A stretch of DNA of 35,575 nucleotides from NCBI RefSeq assembly GCF_000743755.1, contig NW_014569463.1, positions 1 to 35,575 of the forward strand, written 5' to 3'. Under the pieces are notes generated by a model. That model made no database searches. It worked only from the letters and a program-made list of their open reading frames with translations, and was not told where the DNA came from. Made by a program: the position numbers and the translations under genes. Source of the DNA: Blastocystis sp. subtype 4. Lineage: Eukaryota. This document shows positions 9,498 to 24,100 of this stretch, in pieces; the stretch's first letter is position 1, and each line of letters opens with the position of its first letter.

Positions 9498-11868
9498 TGG
9501 AGAGAAGTGAACAACGAAATGAACTGAGTATAGAAGATTTAGTGGGTCAACTCGGTGATACCACCGAATACAATGACTTGAAGGAAAAGGTGTCTCAGAT
9601 TGCAAAATCAAAGGTAGGTAATTCTCTTTCTCCATTATTTCCAGACAAAAGTCTCTGCTGCACTTCCTAGAGCTCAACGCGAACGACTCGAAAGAAAAGT
9701 ATGATTGTTATGGATGAAATAAGCTTGGTAGGTTGCATATGAAGACTCCAAGAGCGATATTAGTCTATGGAATGGAATTGTGTTTAAGAACCGTGAAAAA
9801 ACCTTCTTAACATTTGATGATGCCAACCCAAGTATGCCTCGAGTCACGTCCAATAGTTTGGCAGCCAAGTTTGAGCCAACAACAGAAATGGAAAAGGAAA
9901 TCGATGTGGTATTCTATGGGAACAACGTATTTACTTTATAGATACTCGAAAAGAGTGATATGAAGGAGAAAGGGATCCGAGACAAGGAAAGTCGAGATCT
10001 TGCAGTAAACAAGCTGAGTGTGGATGAGGTCCGAGCTCGAAACCAGGAATTAGCCAAGATGAAGTCACTTATGTTCTATCAGGAACAGAAGAACAAGCGT
10101 ATCAACAAGATTAAGAGCAAAAAGTTCCACAAGATTCACAAGAAGGCAGAAGAGCGTCGCAAGGAAAAAGAACGTGAAGTAAGTGTGGATTTGTGGCTTT
10201 CATGTAGTTGCTGAAAGAAACGGATCCGGCCTTGTATCGTGAGTTGTTGGAGAAGGATGCAATGAAACGAGCTCAAGAACGTATTTCTCTGAAACATAAG
10301 AACACATCGAAGGTGGGGGTGACGAGAAGGAGTAAGATGTAGTGGGTGAAGCGAGCTCTTCGGTACGGAATGCAGGATGCAAATACCCGGGTATGTCTTC
10401 GCAAATCTCTTCATTGTAGGATGCCATTAATGAACAGTTGCGAGAAGGCGAGAAGCTACGTCGTCGGATGGAAGGACAGGGAGATGACAGTAGTAGTGAG
10501 GAAGATGTGGACGATACGAAGCTCTTGGATGAAGCAGAGGCAGTGCTGAAGGATCTAAATGCAGAAGTGAGTCAACCTGCGACAGGGGTCTTCCAGTAGG
10601 TGAATGGAGAGTGTGTGACACGTAGAATGGCCTTCATGAAACGAGCCCTTGAGAAACAGCGAGAGGAAGCTCGATTGGATGCAGAACGGTTGATGCAAGC
10701 GTTGCAAGAGGAAGAAGAGTTTGATGATGATAAGAAGGAGGAATCTCTACAGGAAGAATCCGCCCAAGCAGCAAAGATTCGAGAGGTGTTGAGTTCTGGG
10801 AGTGTTCGTCGTGATAAACAGAAGACAAAGAGTCTGAGTGTTGCTGACACCATCAAGGTTGGTCCCTTGTTTGAAGCCCCTCAAGTCCCTGCTTTGTTTG
10901 ATGATGAGGGTGATGTAGGTGGTGAGGCTGGGAATGAAGCTGGAAGTGAGGCTGGGAATGGCATTGGTGGTGCTCATGGTAGTGACATTGAAGCAGAGGA
11001 CATAGAGGTTGGAACAGACCCTCTGACAAAGAATGCAGAATCAGAACCTGTATCACACTTACTCGAGGACTTAGAGAATGAGGATCTAGAAGGAGAAGAT
11101 GAAAAACTCTTGAAAGACCATCAAGATAAGGAAACACTCTCTCAACAGGAGAATCCTTGGTTATTAGGAACTGGAGATGAAGTCTCTCGTAGCAACACAC
11201 GAAAGGAAATAACCAAAGGAGATGATGCTGTCGATATTGCAGGCACAATGGCTCGATTAGAAGTTCGAGCTGCCAAAAAACGAGATGAGAAACGGAGTGA
11301 GAAACGAGAAGCTCCGAAAGTGGTTATTATTGATAGCAAGTCGAAGAAGGAACCTGTGAAAGGGGTTCTTGGAATGGAAGATTGGACACAGGAAGAACTC
11401 ATGACACGTGCTTTCGGAGACGAAGAGGCAGAGAAGGAGTTTGCAGAGCAGAAGGCTGAAGCAGAAGCAGAAGAGATTGAGACATACAAACGGGAACATG
11501 GAATCAAAGAAACGCCCATGTTAGAGGGATGGGGTAGTTGGGCAGGGATTGGGGCTCCGGAGCCGAAACGCCGTTTTGTACCCAAAGAACCGAAAATCGA
11601 ATTGCCTGAACGGAGTGATGCTCATCTGAAGCATGTTATCATCAATCAGAATGAAGATAAGAAATCTGAGATGTATCGTATTCAGGGTGTGCCGTATCCA
11701 TTCACATCAAGAGAACAGTATGAACGAGCTATGCGACAACCTTTAGGACGAGAATGGAATGCGAACCAATCATTCCATAACCTTACCAGACCTGAAGTCA
11801 AAACACGGCTTGGTACCATTATCGATCCTATCAAGAAGCAAAAACAGAAAGCTAGACGCAAGTTCTAA
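9498..11868 (+). CDS. UTP14: U3 snoRNA-associated protein 14 (SSU processome)
   Basis: Motifs RLERKVAYE..K..W...V..NRE; KNKRINKIKSKKFHKI; RAQERISLKHKNTSKW; LEGWGSWAG; VPYPFTSREQYERAMRQPLGREWN. Several ~30-nt introns. Confidence 0.95.
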
Positions 11869-11918
11869 TGTCATTTATATTACTGTTTGTAATAAACACA
11901 GCTAAAGTACATAAAAGA

Positions 11919-13483
11919 CTAGAAATCATCAAGAATTACATCAAACGTCTTCTCACATGTTGTTGCTACAATCTCGTTCCAGTGATCCACTACAAGTCAA
12001 GTTGATTCTTAAAACCTACTTCCTTTGGTCAATGTCACTTTTACCACTTCTGCAATTGCCGAATCCATCGAAATATAGTTATTCCGAATGTAATAGTTCT
12101 GAAGCAGATATGCCACTCGTTTGCTAATTTCCACTTGGCTTCCCAGCAATTCATTACATATACGACGGAACAAACGGAGTACAATCGGTTTTAAGAAGGG
12201 AGTCAAATAGAGCGGTGGCGATGCAGCCAGCAAATTCTCCAAAAACCCGATCAACGCGACAGTTTTATCCGAAAAGCCTCGTGGCCAGTGTGTCAACACG
12301 AACGAATAGAATGGAACGATCAGTGATGGATTGACAGAGAAGAGAGCCAATGTGGTTGCTGAAGCAATTTCCAAGTATTTCTCGATTCCAGACCGAGAGC
12401 GAATGAGCGACTCGACACAGCGCAACAACGCCTTAGCACGAGACTGATACACCTGAACTTGCTCAGGAGAAAGAGGAGGTGTGAGAGCAATATTGGTTCG
12501 AAGAATCTAGAGTCAAATCTCCTCCATTCTCCTACATCAACCAACGACTCGAAGAGAGTGACATAACGATGGAGACCTCCAATCTGTTTTTGAATCGCCG
12601 CAAAATCATCTACTCTTAAAGTCTACAAATTCTCTTACCATCATTCTGAATCATCAGTCCACGCTCATCTGTAACATACTGCAGTAAATACTGCCCAACA
12701 TCTCGAACAACGAGCTTCTCTAACGACAAATCGTGACGAGCCAAGCTCTCCAGAATACAACAGCGACTACTAACTCCATAAGGACTCTCGTACCGAAGTT
12801 GATACACCATGGAAGAAATAACTGTCTTATCGAAATAAAAAAGAATCGTATCTTCCTTCTTTGGAAGCGATCCCTTTGCTACCACAATATCCAAAAGCAA
12901 CAACATAATATCATGTTCCTGCTTTGGAGATAAAACAGATTTGGTGGGAAGAGAAGCAGTTGTCGCAGAAAAGAGAGTCTTATACAACTGGATCGAAATA
13001 CTCTGAAAGTCATCAACTACACTTCATCCGTCCAAATTCAATTTTACTGGAAGGTCCTGGAGAGATCGAAGGTTCCCTCTTCAAATTATCAAGAGAATCC
13101 AATGAAAGTGGCTCCACCTTCCTCTCATCCGACCGTGATAGGAGAACGGGACTCTTTGTCACCTGAAGATCAAAACTATGACGCCGCTTTGCCTCTTGTT
13201 TGGGAGGTTCCTCTACATCTACATAGATTGATTCCTTCATCGGAGAGGTAGGCACCAACTCCGACTCATATCGGGAATACTCCTCAATATGCTCCTCAGT
13301 ATAGTCCTCCAGTGCTTCATTAATTGCTTGTTTGATATCTATCTTGGTCCGTTGCTTCGCCTTGCGAAAGGAAGGCCCTGGTGCTGATGCTCGCTTCGAA
13401 AATGGCTTCATCGATGCTGACTTTAGCCCATTCCTCGATTTTCCCTGGCCTTTAGAATACACATTCGTTCTGCTTCGATCCAT
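11919..13483 (-). CDS. Divergent PP2A regulatory subunit B' (B56 family)
   Basis: VLTHWPRGFSDKTVALIGFLENLL / LFRRICNELLGSQVEISKRVAYLLQNYYI / DHWNEIV parallel the B56 motifs LLKYWP....KEV.FL.ELEEIL / LF..IA.C..S.HFQVAERAL....NEYI / HWN. Start at MDRSRTNV (13483), TAG at 11919-11921. Confidence 0.75.
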
Positions 13484-13577
13484 GACTTGGTATACTGAAG
13501 AAAAAGAATTCACTCCAGCAACTACGGCAAAAGTATCTTCAACAAAGACAAATGTGACTAATTGGAAAGAAAAGAAA

Positions 13578-13651
13578 AGCACACAGTGGGACTTGAACCC
13601 ACAATCTCTTGCTCCGTAGGCAAGCGCCTTATCCAATTAGGCTATGCGTGC
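13578..13651 (-). tRNA. tRNA-Arg (ACG)
   Basis: GCACGCA/TGTGTGC acceptor stem, TAGCCTAATTGG A-box, CTTGC-CT-ACG-GA-GCAAG anticodon arm, GGTTCAAGTCC T-loop. Confidence 0.97.
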
Positions 13652-13735
13652 TTGTATTGGATCTAGCATTGACAATATATAAATAAAACAAATCCCTCTA
13701 GAAACAAACACCTCACTCAAAAGGATAAAAAAATA

Positions 13736-16700
13736 CTAATACCTATCAGAAACCCTCTTCGCAAACAACTGATGCATCCGAGCATGGATCCCACCATCCT
13801 TCTTAAGACACTCTTTACACAACCGATAATCACAATTATAAGTGCAGGAGTAGTAACTGTCATCTAAGATGCATTCACACGCATCGCAAACATTCAGAAA
13901 AGGATCAGGGACCTGATGAAACATCAATTCTAATACAAGAGAAGTCGAAAGTATCGACTGCCGGAGCGTATCAAACTGAAGAAAGTTCCCATGACACAAC
14001 CGCAAAAACTGATGGCGTCGATCCAAAAATGGATATGATATTACAGGGTCACGTTCGCGGATTGGAGCCAACGGAGGCATCGTAATGGAAGTGAGAGCAT
14101 GAGGATGATAAACCGTCTAGTGATTACGAAATGATTAATAATCATACTCGGTTCATACACTTTGAACACAAGAAGAATGGTGTCTTTGACTGAAAACACT
14201 CATCACATCGCATTCCCTCTCCCACAATCACATCTCCACATCGCGAACAATACGGCCGTAAGTACACAATCATAAACCTTGATGGATTCTCCAGCATCGA
14301 TTTGGCAAACTTACGAAGGAACTCAGAAGGCAGTTGCTGGATGTTCTCCTGAAATAATCGATTCCGTAACTCTGTCTTACTCTTGGAATTGGCAAGAGGG
14401 GGATAAGATACAGTCTACAAATCATTATCTATTCTCAAATCCACATTTCGAGTTGAGTGTGTTCGTGTTGTATCATTTACAATGGAATCCAGGAGTTCTA
14501 CACCTAGATAAGGTAGATAATCGCCTTCAAAATATGGTACCACACTGAATAATGCACGCTCTTGAGCACTGAGATATCCCTTAGGAAGAATAGGACTTGA
14601 CGGAGAGACGACTGGATCACTAGAACGAGTCGAGAGTGTAGGGGAATATGTATCAGTCAATTCCTGGTCATCCCATGTCTCAAACTCTGTTGACATGGGT
14701 GATAGAGAGTTCCACGACAATGCATGCTCTAATCGAGGAGAGAGAATATCCTCCTCCGTTCCATCCAAACTAAACCAGCGGATTTGTCGTTGATTTAACT
14801 CTGCATTATTCGACCATACTGCATTCATATGAAGAAGTTGGTCTAATTGACAAGTTACATAACTGATCACCCCCGAATCCACACCCTTAGCAAACAATGC
14901 CTTGTACCAATCAATTAAATGATCTGCATTCGGTGTACGTTGATCACGGGGATGATGGGCAAAGATGTAATCGTCTCCCCGTAGAGGAGGACAAGCCCAG
15001 ATGTGAGCACGACAGTAGCCATTCTCCTTAGCATATTGAAGGTACGAATTGAGTATGCAATGATAGATAGGAGTTCGGAGATAACGAGGTGTAAGAAAAT
15101 GAACACTGTCAAGATAACTGATGTAAATACAGCGACGATTCGGAGGAATAACCTGATCTCCGAACTCATGCACATACAACATAAAGAGAAGAATATCCAC
15201 ACCATCACGATGCTGGAAGAATGCAATACATTTGCTTTGATAAGGAATTGAGAGAGTATTACTGTAATCAGATGTAAATAACGGAGCTAACTGCTTCTTC
15301 ACAATGACTGAGGAAGCAATGTTACTGACAACTCGAACAATCAACGAAGCTTTCAATTGGTTAAGAGCAATACCATGCAGTCGTGTCCGTGCTGGCTGCT
15401 TCATCATCTCTTCATCCACACATCGACAGATCTGAATTGTAAGGAAGTCACTCAAAGGACACGAAGGAATAGCAGGCGAACCTTGCATAGCCTGAGGAAT
15501 ACGTTCCGAATCCTCCACTAGACAGAGAGGGCAAACATACGAACTGGTAACCTCACGTGGATGAACCAAACCACATACACAATGCATCCACTCATGACAT
15601 TGAGAACACTGTACCCATGACTCAGGAAACACCTCATCATTCTTCTTTCGAACAAATAGATGATGTCGATCTGACTTACTTAGACAACTCACACGTTTCA
15701 AATAACATTTATGACAGTACCTCCCTTTCTTACCACGAATCATGTAATACGTTGAATTACGTAGAATACGCTCGTGACAGTCACCATCACACAGATAGAT
15801 TGGAGGTGTATAACGAGTACATTTGTCACCACAGAGTGAACATGAATATCCCTCACACGACTCACAAGAATGAATGAAAGTAGAACTTCGGTTCTGCTCA
15901 TACCGGGTACTTGCCTTCTCTAACTCACTATCTAATAACTTCTCCATTTGCTCGGCACATTGATAAACAAAATGTGACTTATCAAAAAACCGCTTTGCAT
16001 TCTGGAATACTAAACGAATATCAGAAATAAGCTTGCTGGGCTGTTGATAATCACCTCGAAGAAGACAATCACGAATGGTTCCCAAATCAAGAGGACGATC
16101 AATTACATCAAAATACGTTGGAAGGTTTTCCTTTTCAGGATTTACAGGAGAATTAAAAAGCCCATGGTTATCCTTACTCTGAATCAAATTCAACAGCAGA
16201 GGCCCATAAAAAGCCTGAAGATTACGTGAACGAATAAACAGAATATATCGTTCCAGATCTGTTCTATTGAGCGTGCTAAGTAAAGGATGATACTCAGAAC
16301 ACGGAGAAATAAAATACTCAACTCGCCTACGAACAAACGAGCCAACAGGAACAGGAATCAGGAAGGACGTCGATTCGCTCTGCTTGATACTGCTCACAGT
16401 TTCTGTACGCACCTTCTTTGCATTCTCCGCACTTTTCTCAACACGATCACGCTTTCGAGCAACCGAAGGAGAAATGAAGGATAAGATCCGTTGAATGATT
16501 GAACACCCTGGAATAGGACATTTCCCTCGCGGATAACGACAAAAGATTGCATGGTTTACCAAACCAAGAAAACCACCTTTCGAAGAAGAAGCTAATGTCG
16601 AACTGTCTTCTTTTGATAATGCTAACAAAAGAGAAGAAGAATTCACTTTAGTAATAGATCGAAAAACAAGGAAATTAATAAACTCTCTGATTGATCCAAA

Positions 16701-16927
16701 TGGATCCAATCTTTAGCAATTTCAAGTGCTAAATCACAACCAAACGAAATAGTGAGTGGTTCTATATAGTAAGAGGAACTCAGTGGTAAAAGGATCCTAA
16801 TAGAAATGAGGTATAAATTTGCAAACCAAATTCTGCAGTGTTCACTTACAGTTCAAACCACATTATTCGTGTCCTTAATTACCATTTCACATTCTCCAAT
16901 TCTATCGTTATTTTTATATCCATCCAT
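13736..16927 (-). CDS. CBP/p300-family (KAT3) histone acetyltransferase; 5' exons uncertain
   Basis: TAZ-like HAIFCRYPRGKCPIPGC; bromodomain (FNSPVNP..LPTYFDVIDRPLDLGTI); RING/PHD Cys clusters; HAT motifs YISYLDSVHF, HIWACPPLRGDDYIF, LIDWY, PYFEGDY; C-terminal RHQFLRLC...LQFDTLR plus ZZ-like CDAC..C..C. Confidence 0.92.
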
Positions 16928-16954
16928 AAGACAGCAGAAAAGCGAAAAAAGAAA

Positions 16955-17028
16955 CTCTCCCAGACGGGCTTGAACCGTCGACCTTGCGGTTAACAGCCGC
17001 ACGCTCTAACCAACTGAGCTATGGAAGA
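16955..17028 (-). tRNA. tRNA-Asn (GTT)
   Basis: TCTTCCA/TGGGAGA acceptor stem, TAGCTCAGTTGG A-box, TGCGG-CT-GTT-AA-CCGCA anticodon arm, GGTTCAAGCCC T-loop. Confidence 0.97.
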
Positions 17029-17249
17029 CCTGTTTAGCCTCTAAGACAATAATTTATAAAGAAAAAGAAAAACAGTTTTCCTTTGAAATCTTCCAATGTT
17101 ACCACAACTGCACAAGCACACCAAAAAGATGAATCCAATTGGAAAATAATGTGTCAAGGCCCCCCAATCTGTGATACCTTGTTTTTGCATAATTCCCGCG
17201 GCCATCCGCTATAAGACGATATGCATTTGCCAATTGATCAGTAAAGGTA

Positions 17250-18447
<1,198 letters not shown>

Positions 18448-18457
18448 ATCGTGTTTG

Positions 18458-21099
18458 TCAGAAAACAATCAAAACGCTTTCTCTTGTCACATCAGGATGA
18501 TTTATCGCGATGATGTTCTCTCCATCAACTAAAATACACCCGCAAAAGGCATTTTCACAATTGTGATCCTAATCCTCACTCTCATCGTTCATCCTTACTT
18601 TCGATGTGCTAAAGATGGTAATCACCTTAGCTCCCTTTCTTACTGACACTCCACTTGCAGTCGGTTCATGTGCTCGAAGGATGTGTGTCAGCTGATTTAC
18701 GTTCATGAACTCATCTACAGCTTTCTGCCCATAACACACCGCTCCAGGACCTCGTTCACCTTCTCCAAACCCATTACTATCCAAATGAGCTTCCTGTTGG
18801 TTCTGCGCCGGATCTGACCACAGCAAATCTGTTACCAGTTGCTTGATCTCAGGACTCTCTCCAGGCTGGAGGGTTGGAAATAGTTCATAAGGAGCGGGAA
18901 TATGATCAATGAAGTTGATGCGAGTAGTTTCTAATCCCTGCACAGGCCGAGGCAGCCCTCCATGAACACAGAAGATCACATCATCGATCGTTGCTGCCAT
19001 CGGCAAATAGTCAAATACTTGATTGGTTCGATTCCAAATCTCAAGAGCTACTTCTTCGTTAAAACGCTCCTTCAGTTGACCCAGAAAACAGCGATTCCCG
19101 TAAAACTGATCACAACCATTTACCACTTTCACTTCATGATTTCCACGTAACAGAAACACCTTTTCAGGTAACATAATTTTCTGAGCAAATATGTATGCAA
19201 GGATCTCCAAGCCATACAAGCCACGATCCACATAGTCACCTAAAAACAGAAAGGTACCTGGAGTAAGATGCATCCCTAATGGCCACATTGTCTTCGCAAA
19301 TGCAAGGAGATCAGGCATGTTCCCATGGAAGTCACCAAAAACATATGCAGGAGACTTTAAACGCAGAAGACGGGATTCTGAAGATAAAATACGGCCTAGA
19401 TGGTTATTCTAGAAGACAGGTCTTACACATTTCATCACATTGACTTAAGAATTGTGTCACAAATCCCAATGTTGCGAAAAACGGGTCTGGAAGAGGACAC
19501 ATGCATTTACGAATTATGGCTTCTTGATAACTATAGTCGATGGGTGTGTTCGTACCAATGATCATCTGTGAAGCCATACTTGCTGATCTACACATTACTA
19601 GAACACCTCACTCTCACCGTACCAACTGTCGTTTGGCAAGTCGATCCTTATAAAACGTATATAATGTAGGAGCAATGGTAAAATTCTTCTTTGATCGTCT
19701 AGCACCATCTTCTCGTCTTCCTAACTCCATTCGCAACTCGATAATCTCGTTCATCATTGCTAAACAATTTGGACACGTTATAGTTGGTCCACTGAAGAAT
19801 GCATCAATATCATTTTCCGGATCAGGAGAAATGAACTCATCACTACGGATATCCATTAGACTCTTTCTCCAAATAATCTTCTCAACGTAGATCCAAGTAC
19901 AGAGTTCTTTCTACGCTTTCTATATCTATAGAATCACAAATGTCATCTTAAACCCGTTCCAACTTTCTATTGGAGAACCAAATGGAAATGCACACGTAAA
20001 CAAACATACAAAAACTCATCATCATCAAATAAACTCATGGCATCTTGAATGCGATCGTCCAATTCTGGAGGAATAATGGTTCCTGTTTCCAGAAGTACTC
20101 GAAGTGCATACTCCAAGTCTTCTGCTTGCTGTTTCAGATCCTCTAATTGCTGCTTTGTGCTCTCTCGCTCTCTCATCCTACAGGTCACAACTTTTCGGTT
20201 TTCTTACAGGGTATCAATACTCGCCCGATACTGTTCTAATCGTTTTGTTAATTCTTCGTTGTCAGCTGTTGGAGTTCCCATGTTCTTCGACTTCTCTTGC
20301 AAGTACAGCTCTGTAATTCGCTGATACTCTGATGAGAAGAACTGCAGTTTGTCATTCAAAGCTTCCATTTGCAGTCGTGTTTTTTCTCGTTCTGCTTCTT
20401 GCACATCCACAGAACGCTCACTTTCCGGTGTCATTGAACTCTCTCCCTGTATATGCTTGCGAACAGACGACTGCAGTTTGCATTGAATATCACGACTTGC
20501 TGCTACCATCCGTTGAAGGGCAGTCACATGAGGCTGAAGTGTCTGCATAGGAACGCCCAGCTTGCTAATATCATTGAATAGCCATGAAACACGATTTGAA
20601 AAGGAGTTCAACAGTAGTAACTGCTGTTGGGTCAGTCTCACTGGATACATATTGATCTCATTCTGACTCAACATCCGGTCATCATCAACATGAAGTCTAC
20701 ATTAAAGTGACTCGATAATCCTACTCTAACAAATCAGAAGCACTTCCTGCCGGAAATTCCTCTTGATCCATCATTTCCACATCGTCCATCAACACATCAT
20801 TCACAATACTCTCTAATAACACATTATTGTCCTGAAGAAATGAATGGGATTCGGTCTCCAATAACGATTCAGATCTTCTAATAACACTTTAATCAAACTT
20901 CTTACGCAGATAAGACAGGAATAGAGACATCAATGATACGTCGACCCTCGTCCGTTATTGAAACCTCATGATCTGAATAGCTTAAGTGGCAAAATCCAGA
21001 AATGCGATCTTGTTTCTGCCATAATCGAAAGACACTCAATCCGCCTTGGACTTCTGGATACCCCTTCACGGCTTTAAAGTAACATACAGGATTCTCCAT
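18458..21099 (-). CDS. PPP-family Ser/Thr protein phosphatase with long N-terminal coiled-coil extension
   Basis: All PPP motifs are present: GDFHGN, GDYVDRG, LRGNHE, VHGG, DLLWSDP, RAHE. Upstream exons are joined by ~30-nt introns. The true end may be 18472 (polyA-made stop). Confidence 0.88.
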
Positions 21100-21184
21100 T
21101 TCAAAGAAGAGATTGCTTTGAAATAAGGTTCCAGATTTTGGACTTTTTTGTGCACCAATTGTGTTTTAACTAGAATCTCGTTTC

Positions 21185-24100
21185 ATGAAGCAGTGTTTCA
21201 TATTGCTTTTCCTTAGTAGAATCTTTGGGATGAGTTTAATCATAGTTTTTGGAATCATCTTTGCTCAAGATGTCATCGACTACGGAGGCCCTTTTCGTTT
21301 TATCGAGAATATAGATACTGTGCTAATATCTCCCAAAAATGGAAATTATACTAATTGCTTCTCTGAGGATCCTCTCCCCGAAGGACTCGTTTTTGATTCC
21401 CTGTCATGTAGTGTCCATGGAATTCCATCTTCTCTCGTTTCTAATCTGACTATAAATATCATTTCTGGTGATTCTGCATACGGCTCCTTTCTTTTAACTA
21501 TTACTCGTTGCAGCAGTAACCCATTTGAGATTCTTCGAACTTATGGACAGTCCAGTGTCTATTTTGAGCTATTCACTGTCCAGGACACTTCCACAGGTGA
21601 AACTCTAGTTAATGTCACTGCCGAAACACCTAAAAAGGCTGGATCTGCAGTTAGTTATCGTTTCTGTCGTTCCACTACCTCGCTTCGAATTGTACTTGCA
21701 TCGACTGTCTATTCGAACTGGTATGTTGGATCCAAATTGGAGGTTTTTTCCTTCCTTCCTGTTCCACATCAGAAGGATCTCTTACTTCGATGTCGAATGG
21801 ATACACTAGCAGGAATGCCGACGGTATTTTTCGTGGATCCCTCGTATGCTTTCAATTTATTGTCCACATGGAAGTATCATTTTGATTCGCTTCCTGCCTC
21901 TTGGGAGACTTCAACCCATGTTTCTTGGCCTGAGGGCACTATGGATTCCTTCCCTTTCTCTACCAACCAAATCCAGCTCTACAAGCTGCACTTTCTTACG
22001 AAAGATCAGGTTTCTGGATCCTATGAATTGAGACTTCGTTATCAGGATGGTTGTATTGTGTTTCTCAATGGCATTGAGGTGTTCCGAGATCAGCTTCCTC
22101 CGGGTGAGGTTACGAACACGACATTTGCAACTGGTTCTTCGCCTCTGCGGTACAATTCGATTGTTTTACCCACTATGAAGAAGGAGGCAGGGACGTGGCA
22201 TTCCGTGTTTGTAAAGGGAAGTAATGTTATCACTGTTGGTCTCTTTGGTTGTGATACATCTGGCTTCCAGAGTCATTTCGATGCTTCTCTTCGCTTCACA
22301 GGTGAGGTCTCTCAGTTTAGGGGGTTTGATATGACTGGTGAGATTGAGGGCTTGGAGAGTCATGGGAATTATCAGCAGAAAGATGTGGATGCGGAGACAA
22401 ATATACTAAACTCAGCTGCAGCACACTCCACTGCTTCGGCTGTGATTGATACAGACCATGAAACTTGGATCTCCATGAGTGGTCCTTGCAATGACTCTGC
22501 TTATATCCTCCTTCGCTTCAATTCATCTAGGCGTGAGACTCTTTCTCGCATTACACTTACGTCCTACTTTCATGATCCTATTCCTGGACCTACCGGCTTC
22601 TCTCTGTATGGTCGCACAGACGATTCACAACCATGGGAATTCGTCACTTCTCTTACCAATATTCTCTGGAAGGGGAAAGCCCAAACCCACCAGTTCTGGA
22701 TTCATTCCACCACACCATTCAACAGTTTCCGCTTTGACTCCTTCAGAGGAATGAATGGGACTTGTGATTGGCGACTTGCCGAAATCACTCTCTTTACAGA
22801 GAAGCTTGATCGACCCATTCAACCTCTTTCGTTTGCTCCACTTGCCATCTACACACATATGATCTTACCATCTATCTTCCCTTCATCCAGTGATTATTAT
22901 GATTATCATGTATTCCCTAACCTCCCATCTTCTCTACAAATCGACTCATTGTCAGGAAGGATTGACGGGCGTTTCATATCCACATTGGGCGAAAAGACCT
23001 ACTCAATAAGTGCTTCCTCCTTTACAGGTGAACGTGTTGTGACAATGTGGAATGTAACGGTAACAGATTGTGCTAATGGACATTCTTTCTATACTGTTCA
23101 TACTCTAATTCCTGATCATTTGGCACCTACCTACTGGGAATTACATCAAGGTGACTCTATTGAAAGTCCTATTATCTTTGAATCTGGTTCGTTGATCTCA
23201 GGCTCGAGTGAATGGACATTCTGTCTTGAAGACGATATATACACCTGGTTCTTTGTCGAGACCTCGGGCAACGGTTGGAACTCGCCCTCTGGCTATTCGA
23301 TCGCAACTGCAATTGATTCATTCCCTATCGCCACAGGAACCTTGCCTCGTCGAGCTCCATGGGAAACGTGGAGTAACACCACAGTCACATTGTGGTCCCA
23401 TCAACCCATTCAACCTCGAACGAGTATTTGGCACATGTCCACAAAGGAGCCGAAGGCCTCCTGGACCTCTATCAACTACAACGACTATAACTGGGAAGCA
23501 CACACAACAGATTACATCTCGTTGCTACCATTGCACTTGCCAACACTTTACCTACGTCGACGCTTTGTGATTGAGGAACTAACCGAGTTCAGCGTCCTGG
23601 ATGTCCAGATGTGGTTCAGTGGAGGCATTTGTGTTTATTTCAATGGCCATGTAGTCTTCCGTATGAATCTCCCTGTCAACTTCACTTCCTCCTCATTCGC
23701 TACAGAAGATCATCTCATAACAAAGTCCACTCGATTCTCGATTCTTCTCCGTACTGTTGATGCTAAGAATGGAGAGAATGTTTTGGCTGTGGAGTTACAT
23801 CGGAATGAAACTTCTCAACAAGTGTTTGATTTTGATTGCATTCTGCAGCCTATTCTGGATGAACTCACTTCCATACCTCTGTCGTATCGTTCCTTGTCAA
23901 GTTCCAAGCCCTATTCTGGAACTGTTGCGAATCTGTTTGATTACCAAGCATCTACCATCTTCCGCCCTGTCTTCGAGATTGGAACATTCTATCAGTGGGA
24001 GATTGAGAATGAAATCCAAGGATTCAATCACTATGGAATTCTTGCTGCTAACGCTGTGATGAATCATACATGGTCTCTCTCAGGTCGATTCGCTGGAGAA

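Noticed and set aside
13484..13636. ORF-track N-terminus MDKALAYGARDCGFKSH
   Set aside because: This is a translation through the tRNA-Arg gene. The real start is likely 13483.
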